The notes under the pieces: generated by a model
The model's input: only the letters and a program-made list of their open reading frames with translations
The model's database searches: none
What the model was told of the DNA's origin: nothing
DNA from: Actinomycetota bacterium
Lineage (GTDB): Bacteria; Actinomycetota; Acidimicrobiia; Spongiisociales; UBA5794
Direction: 5' to 3'
DNA length: 64,000 bases
NCBI GenBank assembly: GCA_013151445.1
Contig: JAADIG010000052.1
Location: 2 to 64,001, forward strand
Part shown: positions 28,523 through 37,170 of the stretch, in pieces
Position numbering within the stretch: the first letter of the stretch is position 1
How the letters are laid out: each line of letters starts with the position of its first letter
Translations under genes and position numbers: made by a program

Positions 28523-31048
28523 ATGACTACACGCCTCCGGACGTGGAGCGCCGCAGCCGCTTTCCTCACGTTCGCCGCGCTAGTGCCGCTCACTGCCACT
28601 CCGGCAACGGCCGCTACCGACACGACCTACCTTGACGAGGGGTACGAGTCGACTCCCGCAACATGGAGCGCGGGCTGGTTTGATGCCGACATCGGTGCCC
28701 GCAACCGTATTACCTCGATCGCGGACGGTATCGACGGACAGGGCATCAAGGTAACCATTCCTCGCGATGAGCATTTCGGGTCCGCAATGCGGTGGGAGTT
28801 CGAGGCGAACGGAAAGACCGAACCGGACGAGCTCTACTACAGGTACTGGCTCCGATTCCCCATCGGTTTCGCAAACTACGGCCAGGGCAAACTTCCCGGA
28901 CCGTCGGGCCTTTACTCAAGCTCCGGCCGGAACAAGATCAAACCAAGCGACGCCAACCCGGGTTGGTCGGCGCGAATGATGTTCACATCACCCGACCCGG
29001 GACGAACCGCAACTAACACCCAGATCGGCTACTACGTGTACCACCGTGGGCAGCCCGGGTCGTCCGGAGAGACCGAGCCATGGCAGGACTCCCCTGGGGT
29101 TCTTGAGCACGGTCAGTGGTACTGCATCGAAGGCCGGGTGGCGATGAACACACCCGGTGTTGCAAACGGTGTTCTTGAAGGGTGGGTTGACGAGAAACTT
29201 GCCTACTACGAGAACGATTTCACGTTCCGAGGCGCATCGGATGCAGGCATCAACGTCCGCGAATTCTGGTTTGACACTTACTACGGCGGCGATGCGACCG
29301 CACCCGGTTCACTCTCATTCGACTTCGACGAACTAGTGCTCTCGGACCAACGCGTCGGGTGTGGCGAACGAGGATCCGGGTTCCGCGACACGAGTGGCAA
29401 CGTTCATGAGTCCAACGTCGACAAGCTGGCATTCGCCGGTATCACGAAGGGCTGTAACCCGCCGAACAATTCACGCTTCTGCCCCGATGACAACGTGAGT
29501 CGGGGCCAAATGGCGGCGTTCCTCGACCGTGCGTTAGACCTGGCGCCCACGACCACGGATTTCTTCGATGATGATGCCGGTTCGGTGTTCGAGGCGAACA
29601 TCAACCGTCTCGCCGCGTCCGGAATCACTCTCGGATGCGGGGTGAGGACATACTGCCCGAATGATCGTGTCACTCGTGGTCAGATGGCCGCCTTCCTCAC
29701 AAGGGGGCTTTCCCTCCCGACCGGAGGGTCCGACCTGTTTGTCGACGACAACGGGTCTCCGTTCGAGAACGCTATCGACAGAATGGCATCGGCCGGTATC
29801 ACGGCCGGGTGCAATCCCCCGGCCAATGACCGTTTCTGTCCGTATAACAACGTCACCCGTGGACAAATGGCGTCGTTCCTGAGTCGGGCGCTTAAGCTCC
29901 CGACCCCGCCGCCGCCGCCGCCCGGGTACGTTGCTCCGACGATCCCAGACGGTTACGACGCGGTTGTACCTCTTGGGTGGTCGATCCAGGATGTGATCGA
30001 ACAACAGCCCGCAGGAGCGAAGATTCTGGTGCGTGCCGGCACCTACGAACGCCAGGAGATCCGTCCCAAGGCCGGCCAGACGATCGTCGGAGAACCGGGA
30101 ACCAAGCTCGATGGGTTGTGGGCCTACAGCTATGCGTTCACGGACATCAACAACCCGGTAGATGGAGTGACAATCAGCGGATTCGAGGTGACGCGCTACA
30201 ACTCCGTGGCAGGGACGGGTGCGATTCACGGTGCCGGCAACAACTGGACGGTGTCGAACTGCGTCGTGCACGACAACAAATACAACGGTGTCACCGTGTC
30301 CGACGGAGGCACCATCACCGGATGCAGAATCTATGACCACAACTACGAGGCGATCATTCTCACCAATGTGAAGAACGTCACCATCTCGAACAATGAGATC
30401 GACAACAACGGTGACCCTTCCAATTATCAGGCGGGCGTCGATGCGAAGTACCAGGCCGGTATCAAGCTCGTCAACACCGCCAATGTGGTGATTTCGGGGA
30501 ACAACATCCGCGACAACGCCGGTTACGGCATCTGGGGATACACCGACAACATCAATACCGTGTATTCGAACAACACGATCACCAATAACTGGCGGGGTGG
30601 CATCAACCACGAGCTGTCCTACAGCGTGTCGATAGCAGACAACGTTATCAAGAGCAACGGTGTTGCGCCGACATCACCGAAGCCGGACAACCTCTACGAC
30701 GCCGGCATTGTTGTACGAGGACCCGATGCCACGATCACCGGGAACACACTCGACGGGAACCACAACGGCATCGGCATCATCGGCTACGACCTCGACGGGC
30801 AGACCGGTCGTTACGGGTCGCTCAAGGCGTCCGGAGCGCTTGTGAGCAACAACACCATCACCAACTCGGGACAAACCGGGGTCGTCACCAATGGTGCGAA
30901 CATTGCAACCGGCGTGTTTACCGACAACCGCTACTTCTATCCGAATGTCTCCTCCTACTGGTTCCGTGACGGCACCGGTGGTGGACGTACATGGTCTCAG
31001 TGGCAGACCAGCGGCCAGGATCCGAACGGTACGTTCACGATCAACTAA
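28523..31048 (+). CDS. Surface protein: polysaccharide-lyase-like domain, three SLH-like domains and a right-handed beta-helix
   Basis: Signal peptide; GKLPG..GWSARMMF..YVYH..MNTPG..NG.LEGWVD; three SLH-like units; PPPPPP linker; repeated I.NN.I.DN beta-helix rungs. Confidence 0.8.
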   Translation: MTTRLRTWSAAAAFLTFAALVPLTATPATAATDTTYLDEGYESTPATWSAGWFDADIGARNRITSIADGIDGQGIKVTIPRDEHFGSAMRWEFEANGKTEPDELYYRYWLRFPIGFANYGQGKLPGPSGLYSSSGRNKIKPSDANPGWSARMMFTSPDPGRTATNTQIGYYVYHRGQPGSSGETEPWQDSPGVLEHGQWYCIEGRVAMNTPGVANGVLEGWVDEKLAYYENDFTFRGASDAGINVREFWFDTYYGGDATAPGSLSFDFDELVLSDQRVGCGERGSGFRDTSGNVHESNVDKLAFAGITKGCNPPNNSRFCPDDNVSRGQMAAFLDRALDLAPTTTDFFDDDAGSVFEANINRLAASGITLGCGVRTYCPNDRVTRGQMAAFLTRGLSLPTGGSDLFVDDNGSPFENAIDRMASAGITAGCNPPANDRFCPYNNVTRGQMASFLSRALKLPTPPPPPPGYVAPTIPDGYDAVVPLGWSIQDVIEQQPAGAKILVRAGTYERQEIRPKAGQTIVGEPGTKLDGLWAYSYAFTDINNPVDGVTISGFEVTRYNSVAGTGAIHGAGNNWTVSNCVVHDNKYNGVTVSDGGTITGCRIYDHNYEAIILTNVKNVTISNNEIDNNGDPSNYQAGVDAKYQAGIKLVNTANVVISGNNIRDNAGYGIWGYTDNINTVYSNNTITNNWRGGINHELSYSVSIADNVIKSNGVAPTSPKPDNLYDAGIVVRGPDATITGNTLDGNHNGIGIIGYDLDGQTGRYGSLKASGALVSNNTITNSGQTGVVTNGANIATGVFTDNRYFYPNVSSYWFRDGTGGGRTWSQWQTSGQDPNGTFTIN

Positions 31049-31073
31049 AGATGTGTTCGGAAAGGGGCGACAC
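31045..31073 (+). promoter_or_regulatory. sigma28/WhiG-like promoter candidate
   Basis: CTAAA-N16-GGCGACAC upstream of the 31098 gene. Confidence 0.4.
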
Positions 31074-31097
31074 AAGAGGGCGGAACAGGAGAACAAC

Positions 31098-31811
31098 ATG
31101 TCCCTAGCGAATCACAAGCGGCAGGCCTCGGTCAGCCTGAACCCACAAGCCATCATGGTCACGATCGGTGTGATCGTCATCGCCCTGGCTGGTGCGAACG
31201 TCGTCGTCGCACTGATCCGCCAACTCGCCGAGCAACCGGCTGCCGGCCTCGATGTATTCGACTTGAACGCCGAGCAGAGTATTTCTTCCTGGTTCTCGTC
31301 CGCCCTCCTCCTTATCGCATCGGGCCTTGCGGCTGCGATCGCAGTGAAAACAACGACCATGACATGGCGATGGGCGGGACTTGCCGCGATGTTGCTGCTC
31401 GCATCGATCGATGAAACCATCGCCGTACACGAACGACTCTCGGAACCAGTCGGGAATCTGCTGAACATCTCGGACTCGTTTCCGTTTGCTTGGGTGTTGC
31501 CGTTCATTGTGATCGGTGCCGCCCTCTTTCCCACCTATCTCGGTCTGCTCCGTTCGCTTGAACGTCAATATCAGATCCTGTTTGTTCTGTCGGCGGTGAT
31601 CTATCTCGGTGGCGCCGTGGGCCTTGAGATCATCGGTGGATTCTTGCTCAACATCTTCGGATCCGGCGTTGCGACCGAGCTTGAGGTGATCGTCGAGGAA
31701 TCAGCAGAAATGCTGGGTATGGGACTCTTCATAAGCTCCCTGTTCCAGTTGTTCAGCGTGCCAGACCTGCAAAGCGAACCAGCGCTGCAAAAAGAAGAGA
31801 CTCTCCGCTAG
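31098..31811 (+). CDS. Multi-pass membrane protein of unknown function
   Basis: About 6 hydrophobic segments; FDLNAEQSISSWFS, SIDE...HE and EE..EM.G motifs; AGGAG RBS. Confidence 0.75.
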   Translation: MSLANHKRQASVSLNPQAIMVTIGVIVIALAGANVVVALIRQLAEQPAAGLDVFDLNAEQSISSWFSSALLLIASGLAAAIAVKTTTMTWRWAGLAAMLLLASIDETIAVHERLSEPVGNLLNISDSFPFAWVLPFIVIGAALFPTYLGLLRSLERQYQILFVLSAVIYLGGAVGLEIIGGFLLNIFGSGVATELEVIVEESAEMLGMGLFISSLFQLFSVPDLQSEPALQKEETLR

Positions 31812-31823
31812 GGAGAGTCTCTT
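31795..31823. terminator. Probable bidirectional intrinsic terminator
   Basis: AAGAGACTCTCC / GGAGAGTCTCTT stem with A/T-rich flanks between the convergent CDS and ssrA. Confidence 0.75.
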
Positions 31824-31829
31824 TCGGTG

Positions 31830-32183
31830 TGGAGGTGGGGGGAGTCGAACCCCCGTCCTATGAGGTTTTAGCGCCGGCATCTCCGAGCGCAGCCAACAGC
31901 GAGCATTTCGGAAACATGGGACCGCCGTCGGCAAAGTTTCCCTCGTTCCTAGTCGGAATTAATCTTGAGCTCTCAGTCCCGACCCCTGAGAGCAGCATCC
32001 CGTATTGCGTTACCCGGGACCGGCGAGACGGGAACCCTCCGGGCGGATAGACCGCTTAGTTAGGCGGCCAGTGCCATGTTTTCATCGGCACGTATTTGTT
32101 TACCGGCTTTTAACGAGGACTCCGGTGTACCTCGGCTCGCTTCCGGACACTTCAACCCTCACAGTCGAAACCATGTCACCCCC
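31830..32183 (-). ncRNA. ssrA: tmRNA; tag (A)ADENMALAA encoded at 32089-32060
   Basis: 5' GGGGGUGACAUGGUUUCGAC pairs with 3' CACCUCC-A including G3:U; T-arm GGGGG-UUCGACU-CCCCC; directly downstream of smpB. Confidence 0.95.
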
Positions 32184-32250
32184 AAATCTGTGGGTACGAC
32201 ACCGTTAGTGTGCAGTTGCATTGTATCAGCTCACCACGACAGTGGGGCCG

Positions 32251-32721
32251 TTACCGCCGCTCCTCGCGCAGCGCACGATCCATCTCGCGACCCTGCTCTC
32301 GGGCACGAATCGCCTGGCGTTTGTCATAACTTCGCCGGCCGCGGACCAAGGCAATTTCGATCTTTGCCCTGCCGTCACGAAAGTAGATCTTGAGCGGGAC
32401 GAGCGTGAGACCCTCTTCGTTGATACGACCCTCCAGCCGATCGATCTCCCGACGGTGCATCAACAGTTTGCGTCGACGTTCAGGGTCGTGACCACCGTCG
32501 CGAGCAAACACGTACGGTGCAATGTGCATACTCTCCAGCCAGACCTCGCCAGCGCGGATTTCCGCATAGGCATCCTTTATGACCACCTGCGAGTCCCGCA
32601 GTGACTTGACTTCCGATCCGGTGAGCACCATGCCACATTCCCAGGTGTCGAGGATGTCATAGTCATATCGGGCCCGCCGATTGGTGGCGACGGTCTTGTC
32701 GGAGTCGGTGCTCTTGGTCAC
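32251..32721 (-). CDS. smpB: SsrA-binding protein
   Basis: NRRARYDY, GMVLTGSEVKSLR, RKLLMHRREI, YDKR. Confidence 0.97.
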   Translation of the reverse strand: MTKSTDSDKTVATNRRARYDYDILDTWECGMVLTGSEVKSLRDSQVVIKDAYAEIRAGEVWLESMHIAPYVFARDGGHDPERRRKLLMHRREIDRLEGRINEEGLTLVPLKIYFRDGRAKIEIALVRGRRSYDKRQAIRAREQGREMDRALREERR

Positions 32722-32726
32722 GAGGG

Positions 32727-33911
32727 CTAGAAGTACGGTACCGGGTTAACCGGTGTGCCATTAACCCTCACCTCGAAGTGAAGGTGCGGACCGGTCGAGA
32801 GACCCGATGATCCCACAAAACCGATGATGTCGCCCGCCGCGACCTGTTGACCAACCGAGACATTCACTGCCTTTTGGTGGGCGTAGAGCGTCGTCATCCC
32901 ACCGGGATGCACGATCAGTACGCTGTAGCCGTATCCACCGTTCCACCCCGCGAGCACAACCTTGCCACTTGCCGCTGCCCTGATATTTGTGCCGCGAGCA
33001 CCCGCCATGTCCAACCCGGTGTGCATGCGGGAGGTTCCAAGGATCGGGTGAATACGGGGACCGAATGGTGAGGTAATCCGGCCGGGAACGGGACGGAGAA
33101 GAACCCCGGGGGTTGTCCCGCTGGGGTTGTTGTTCTCGCGGATCAAGGCCTCGATGCGCTCACGATCCTCGACGAGGGAATCGCGGGCATTCTCATAGTG
33201 GGCGATCTGGTCTTCGATCTCGGCGAGCAGGGAAGCCTGGCGATCGAGTTCGGCGGCTTGCGCCTCCTGACGTTCGGTGACGCGGTCGCGAACGGCCGCG
33301 AGGCGTGCTTCGGTACTCGCAAGCTTTGTCACCAGCTCCGCCTGTTTCGCCTCTTCGTCATCGATGAGCTCTTGCTGACGGTCCTCTTGCTGCTCCAGAG
33401 TTTCGAGCCGAACGAACAGCTGGTCATTGCGAGCCGAAGCACGATCCAGGTACTCACCACGGACAAGCACCTCGGTGACATCCGATGCATCGAGAAGAAA
33501 CACCCGGGTGTCGGTGGCACCGTTGACGTACTCGCGCCGGGCAAGACCCACTGCGGTATCACGATTCAGATTGATCTCAGAGCTCACGGCCTCAAGCCGG
33601 GCGTAGGAGACATCGAGCCTTTGGCGCAGTGAATCAAGTGTGTCCAGGCCGCGCTCAAGATCGAGCGTAGCCCCGAGTAGTTCCGTTTCTGCTTCGCTCA
33701 GCGTGGCGTTGATTTCGTCGAGGACGCCTTCCGTTGCGAGGATCTCGTCACCGATGGCGGTCCGGTCCCCTTCCGACGCCTTGATCTCGGTCGCCATGTC
33801 ACTCAGACGTTTCTGAACTTCGTCGAGATCACCCTCAAGATCGGCACCCGCGGACACCGGTATTGCCAGTACCAGCAGAATGCTCAGAACGAGGGAAAGA
33901 CGTTTCATCAC
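32727..33911 (-). CDS. Coiled-coil M23 peptidase (EnvC-like FtsEX partner)
   Basis: Signal peptide, long coiled coil, HTGLD and STGPHLHFEV. Confidence 0.9.
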   Translation of the reverse strand: MMKRLSLVLSILLVLAIPVSAGADLEGDLDEVQKRLSDMATEIKASEGDRTAIGDEILATEGVLDEINATLSEAETELLGATLDLERGLDTLDSLRQRLDVSYARLEAVSSEINLNRDTAVGLARREYVNGATDTRVFLLDASDVTEVLVRGEYLDRASARNDQLFVRLETLEQQEDRQQELIDDEEAKQAELVTKLASTEARLAAVRDRVTERQEAQAAELDRQASLLAEIEDQIAHYENARDSLVEDRERIEALIRENNNPSGTTPGVLLRPVPGRITSPFGPRIHPILGTSRMHTGLDMAGARGTNIRAAASGKVVLAGWNGGYGYSVLIVHPGGMTTLYAHQKAVNVSVGQQVAAGDIIGFVGSSGLSTGPHLHFEVRVNGTPVNPVPYF

Positions 33912-33914
33912 GAC

Positions 33915-34793
33915 CTACAACTTGATGCCGCGATGCAGCGTGAGACTGAGGGCACTACCAACAAACCCGACGAGCGCCCCGAAGGCGACGATCAGGATCG
34001 ACCACTGGGACAGGAAGCCGCTTCCCACGTCAATCGAAATAAGGTTGGGAAGGTCGGCCTGGAGAGCCATCCGGTACAGCATGACAATGAATCCGACCGC
34101 AAAGAGTCCGCCGAGAGTCCCCTCGACCACACCCTCAATGACGAACGGTGTCCGCACAAACCATCGGCTTGCCCCAACGAGCTGCATGATTTCTATTTCC
34201 TCGCGGCGCGCATAGATCGCCATATGAATCGTATTCGCAATGAGTGCGATTGCAGCGAATCCGAGCGCGGTGGCGAGGACCAGGGAGAATGTTTGCAGCG
34301 AGGTACGTAACGAGATCAGGCGTTTCACTGCATCGTCGGCTGAGCGCACCTGGTCGACACCGGGGAGCCCCTGGAGTTGCGCCTGAATGCGTTCGACCTC
34401 TTCCAGATCCGAGGGGGCGACCCTCAGCGATGTCGGAATGAACGAAGGATCGTCCTCCAGCAACCGCAGTTGTGATGGGTCGTTGGCGAACAATCGACGG
34501 GCCTCATCGATGGCCTGCAGCTTCGAGAAAAACACTACCGAGTCGACACCGTCCCACGCCGCAACCGCCTCGACGAGGGCGGCGGGATCCGGAACGTCAT
34601 CGCGCAAATAGGCGATGACGCGAACATCGTTGGACCACTCTTCGAGCGTGACTTCGGCGATCTGACCGAAAATCACCGATCCGAACGTGAGGAACAGCGA
34701 GATAAAGACGGCAAGGACTGCTCCGAGCACAACGACAAGGTTGCGGGAGATGTTTCGAAACGCCTCCGAGAGCATGTAGGACACACGCCTCAT
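33915..34793 (-). CDS. ftsX: Cell division permease FtsX
   Basis: [39 protein letters not shown]. Confidence 0.93.
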   Translation of the reverse strand: MRRVSYMLSEAFRNISRNLVVVLGAVLAVFISLFLTFGSVIFGQIAEVTLEEWSNDVRVIAYLRDDVPDPAALVEAVAAWDGVDSVVFFSKLQAIDEARRLFANDPSQLRLLEDDPSFIPTSLRVAPSDLEEVERIQAQLQGLPGVDQVRSADDAVKRLISLRTSLQTFSLVLATALGFAAIALIANTIHMAIYARREEIEIMQLVGASRWFVRTPFVIEGVVEGTLGGLFAVGFIVMLYRMALQADLPNLISIDVGSGFLSQWSILIVAFGALVGFVGSALSLTLHRGIKL

Positions 34794-35869
34794 ACGGTCT
34801 CCTCCTCGGTGCCTGGGGTTTCCACATCGTCGGACTCACCGATCTCGGAAGACTCTACCGAGTCGTCGGTCGGCGGTACAGTCGTGGTGTCCCCCGAAAC
34901 AGTCGCGTCGGTCACCGCAGTGTCGGTCACCGCAGTATCGGTCACCGCAGTATCGGTCACCGCAGTATCGGTCACCGCAGCGTCGGTCACCGCAGCGTCG
35001 GTCACGGCAGCATCAGCTACCGCAGCTTCGGCTGTGACTGCTTCGGCGGCGCCGTCCTCGGTCTTGCTTGGTTTGGAGGTGTCACCGGAGATCGCGGTGT
35101 CGGGAATTGTGGTCAGTTCCGTTTCGTCACCAGGTGTGACCACAACCGGAGTCTCCTCGGTCGGTCCGATAGACACCTTGCGGCGCCTCACCGTTTGATA
35201 ACCGCCTGCATCCTGGTCACGTACGATACGGCCCCGCTCGAGTTGAACAACGCGGCGCCGCATCGCGTCGACGATGGCATGGTCGTGTGTCGCCATCACC
35301 ACGGTGGTCCCCGTCCGGTTGATTCTGTCGAGGATGCGCATAATGCCAACCGAGGTTGCTGGATCAAGGTTCCCGGTCGGTTCGTCAGCGAGGAGGATCA
35401 ACGGGCGATTCACGAACGCTCGCGCCACCGAGACCCGCTGTTGCTCGCCGCCCGATAGCTGCTTGGGATATCTGTCCGATTTCGCCGAGAGACCAACAAG
35501 TTTCAGCACCTGCGGTACCTGGGTATTGATGACGTGGCGCGGCTTGCCGGTCGCCTCAAGGGCGAATGCGACATTCTCATACACCGTCTTGTTCGGGAGT
35601 AGTTTGAAATCCTGGAACACGGTGCCGATGGATCGCCGCAACATCGGGATCTTCCAGTTGGGAAGTTTTGAGGCGTGTTTCCCGGCAACCCAGATATCAC
35701 CGTTGGTGGGTTTTTCCTCGCGCATCATCAGACGCAACATCGTTGACTTTCCAGACCCTGATGCTCCCACGAGAAACACGAAATCGCCCTTGTCAACCTC
35801 TAACGAAGCATCCTTGAGGGCAACGACGCCACCGTCATACATCTTGGTGACGTTTTGGACGCGAATCAT
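34790..35869 (-). CDS. ftsE: Cell division ATPase FtsE with a long acidic repetitive C-terminal tail
   Basis: [36 protein letters not shown]; about 130 extra residues. Confidence 0.93.
   Translation of the reverse strand: MIRVQNVTKMYDGGVVALKDASLEVDKGDFVFLVGASGSGKSTMLRLMMREEKPTNGDIWVAGKHASKLPNWKIPMLRRSIGTVFQDFKLLPNKTVYENVAFALEATGKPRHVINTQVPQVLKLVGLSAKSDRYPKQLSGGEQQRVSVARAFVNRPLILLADEPTGNLDPATSVGIMRILDRINRTGTTVVMATHDHAIVDAMRRRVVQLERGRIVRDQDAGGYQTVRRRKVSIGPTEETPVVVTPGDETELTTIPDTAISGDTSKPSKTEDGAAEAVTAEAAVADAAVTDAAVTDAAVTDTAVTDTAVTDTAVTDTAVTDATVSGDTTTVPPTDDSVESSEIGESDDVETPGTEEETV
34908..35027. repeat. 15-bp tandem repeat in the ftsE tail (7 close copies plus 1 degenerate)
   Basis: Unit TCGGTCACCGCAG(TG/TA/CG) encoding [AT]AVTD on the minus strand. 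Confidence 0.95.
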
Positions 35870-35993
35870 GTAGTTCCTATTTCATCTCGGAGACCCGCAG
35901 CGCACGCGGTCGCACTTTGTGTTGGTGTCCCCTCCGCCACAGAAGGGAATGCTACCGACGAGACGGGTTTAGGCCAACTGTAGTCCGGGTAGG

Positions 35994-37125
35994 TCATTCG
36001 GCTCCCTCCGAATCCGAGGTCTCGTGTTGCTCTCTGCGCCACTGCAAATACCCCTCGACGAAGGCGTCAATGTCCCCATCGAGAACGCCCTGCACGTTGC
36101 CGACCTCAACATTGGTCCGGAGATCTTTCACCATCTGATAGGGCTGCATGACATACGAACGAATCTGCCGACCCCACCCAGCTTCGGACTTGTCACCACG
36201 CACGGCGTCGATTTCCGCGATTTGAAGTTGGCGAGAATGCTCAGCCAGGCGAGAGGCAAGGATCTGCATTGCACGATTCTTGTTCTGAAGCTGCGACCGC
36301 TCGTTCTGGCAGGCGACAACGATCCCGGTAGGCAGATGCGTGATCCGGACCGCAGAATCCGAGGTGTTGACATGCTGCCCCCCGGCCCCCTGCGAGCGAA
36401 ATGTGTCGATCCGAAGATCGTCCTGGTTGATCTCGATCTCATTCGCCCCGATTTCAGGAACCACATCGACACCCGCAAAGCTTGTGTGTCGTCGAGCCTG
36501 GGAGTCGAACGGTGAGATGCGTACCAACCGATGGGTTCCGCGCTCGCTCTCGAAGATGCCATACGCATGGTCACCGCTGATCGTTACCGTCGCCGACTTG
36601 ATCCCCGCCTCATCGCCCGCCTGAATCTCGTCGATAACAAACTGCAGGGGGCTGCGCTCCAGGTAGCGCACATACATTCGCAGCAGAATCTCCGCCCAGT
36701 CCTGAGCATCGACTCCACCAGCGCCAGCGTGCACGCTCAGGATGGCAGTTCGGTCGTCGTACTCGCCGAAATACAGTGTCTCTCTTTCGAGCTCCGCAAC
36801 CGTCACTCCAAGCGTTGCGAGCTCGGCAACCAGTTCGGCCTCGGAGTCGGTGTCACCCTCTTCGATCGCGAGTTCGAGCAGCGTCTCGGTATCGTCCAGA
36901 GTTTCGGCGAGACCGCCGACCCGCTCGATGATGCCCTCGAACCGAGAGAGCCTTCGAGTGACGGTGCGGGCGCGCTGGGGGTCTTCCCACAGATCCGGCT
37001 GTGCTGCGATCTCCCGCAACGTTTCGAGCTCAACTTCCTTGCCCGGGATGTCAAAGGAACCTCCGGGCATCGTCAAGACGGGCACGCAGTTCGTTGATCT
37101 GGGCATGGGGATCAGAAACATTCAT
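35994..37125 (-). CDS. prfB: Peptide chain release factor 2, +1 programmed frameshift
   Basis: MNVSDPH..ARRFL then GGAGG-TTC-CTT-TGA-C (37064-37050) shifting to DIPGKE..; SPF and GGQ motifs. Confidence 0.95.
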
Positions 37126-37170
37126 AACAGGCGCGATGGTAACCACATGACACGAGGCCGCGATGTCGCG

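Noticed and set aside
31098..31830. Genomic island integrated at the ssrA 3' end
   Set aside because: No integrase seen and I found no duplicated ssrA 3' fragment in the window
34908..35027. Possible CRISPR array
   Set aside because: 15-bp head-to-tail units without spacers, in frame within ftsE, no cas genes
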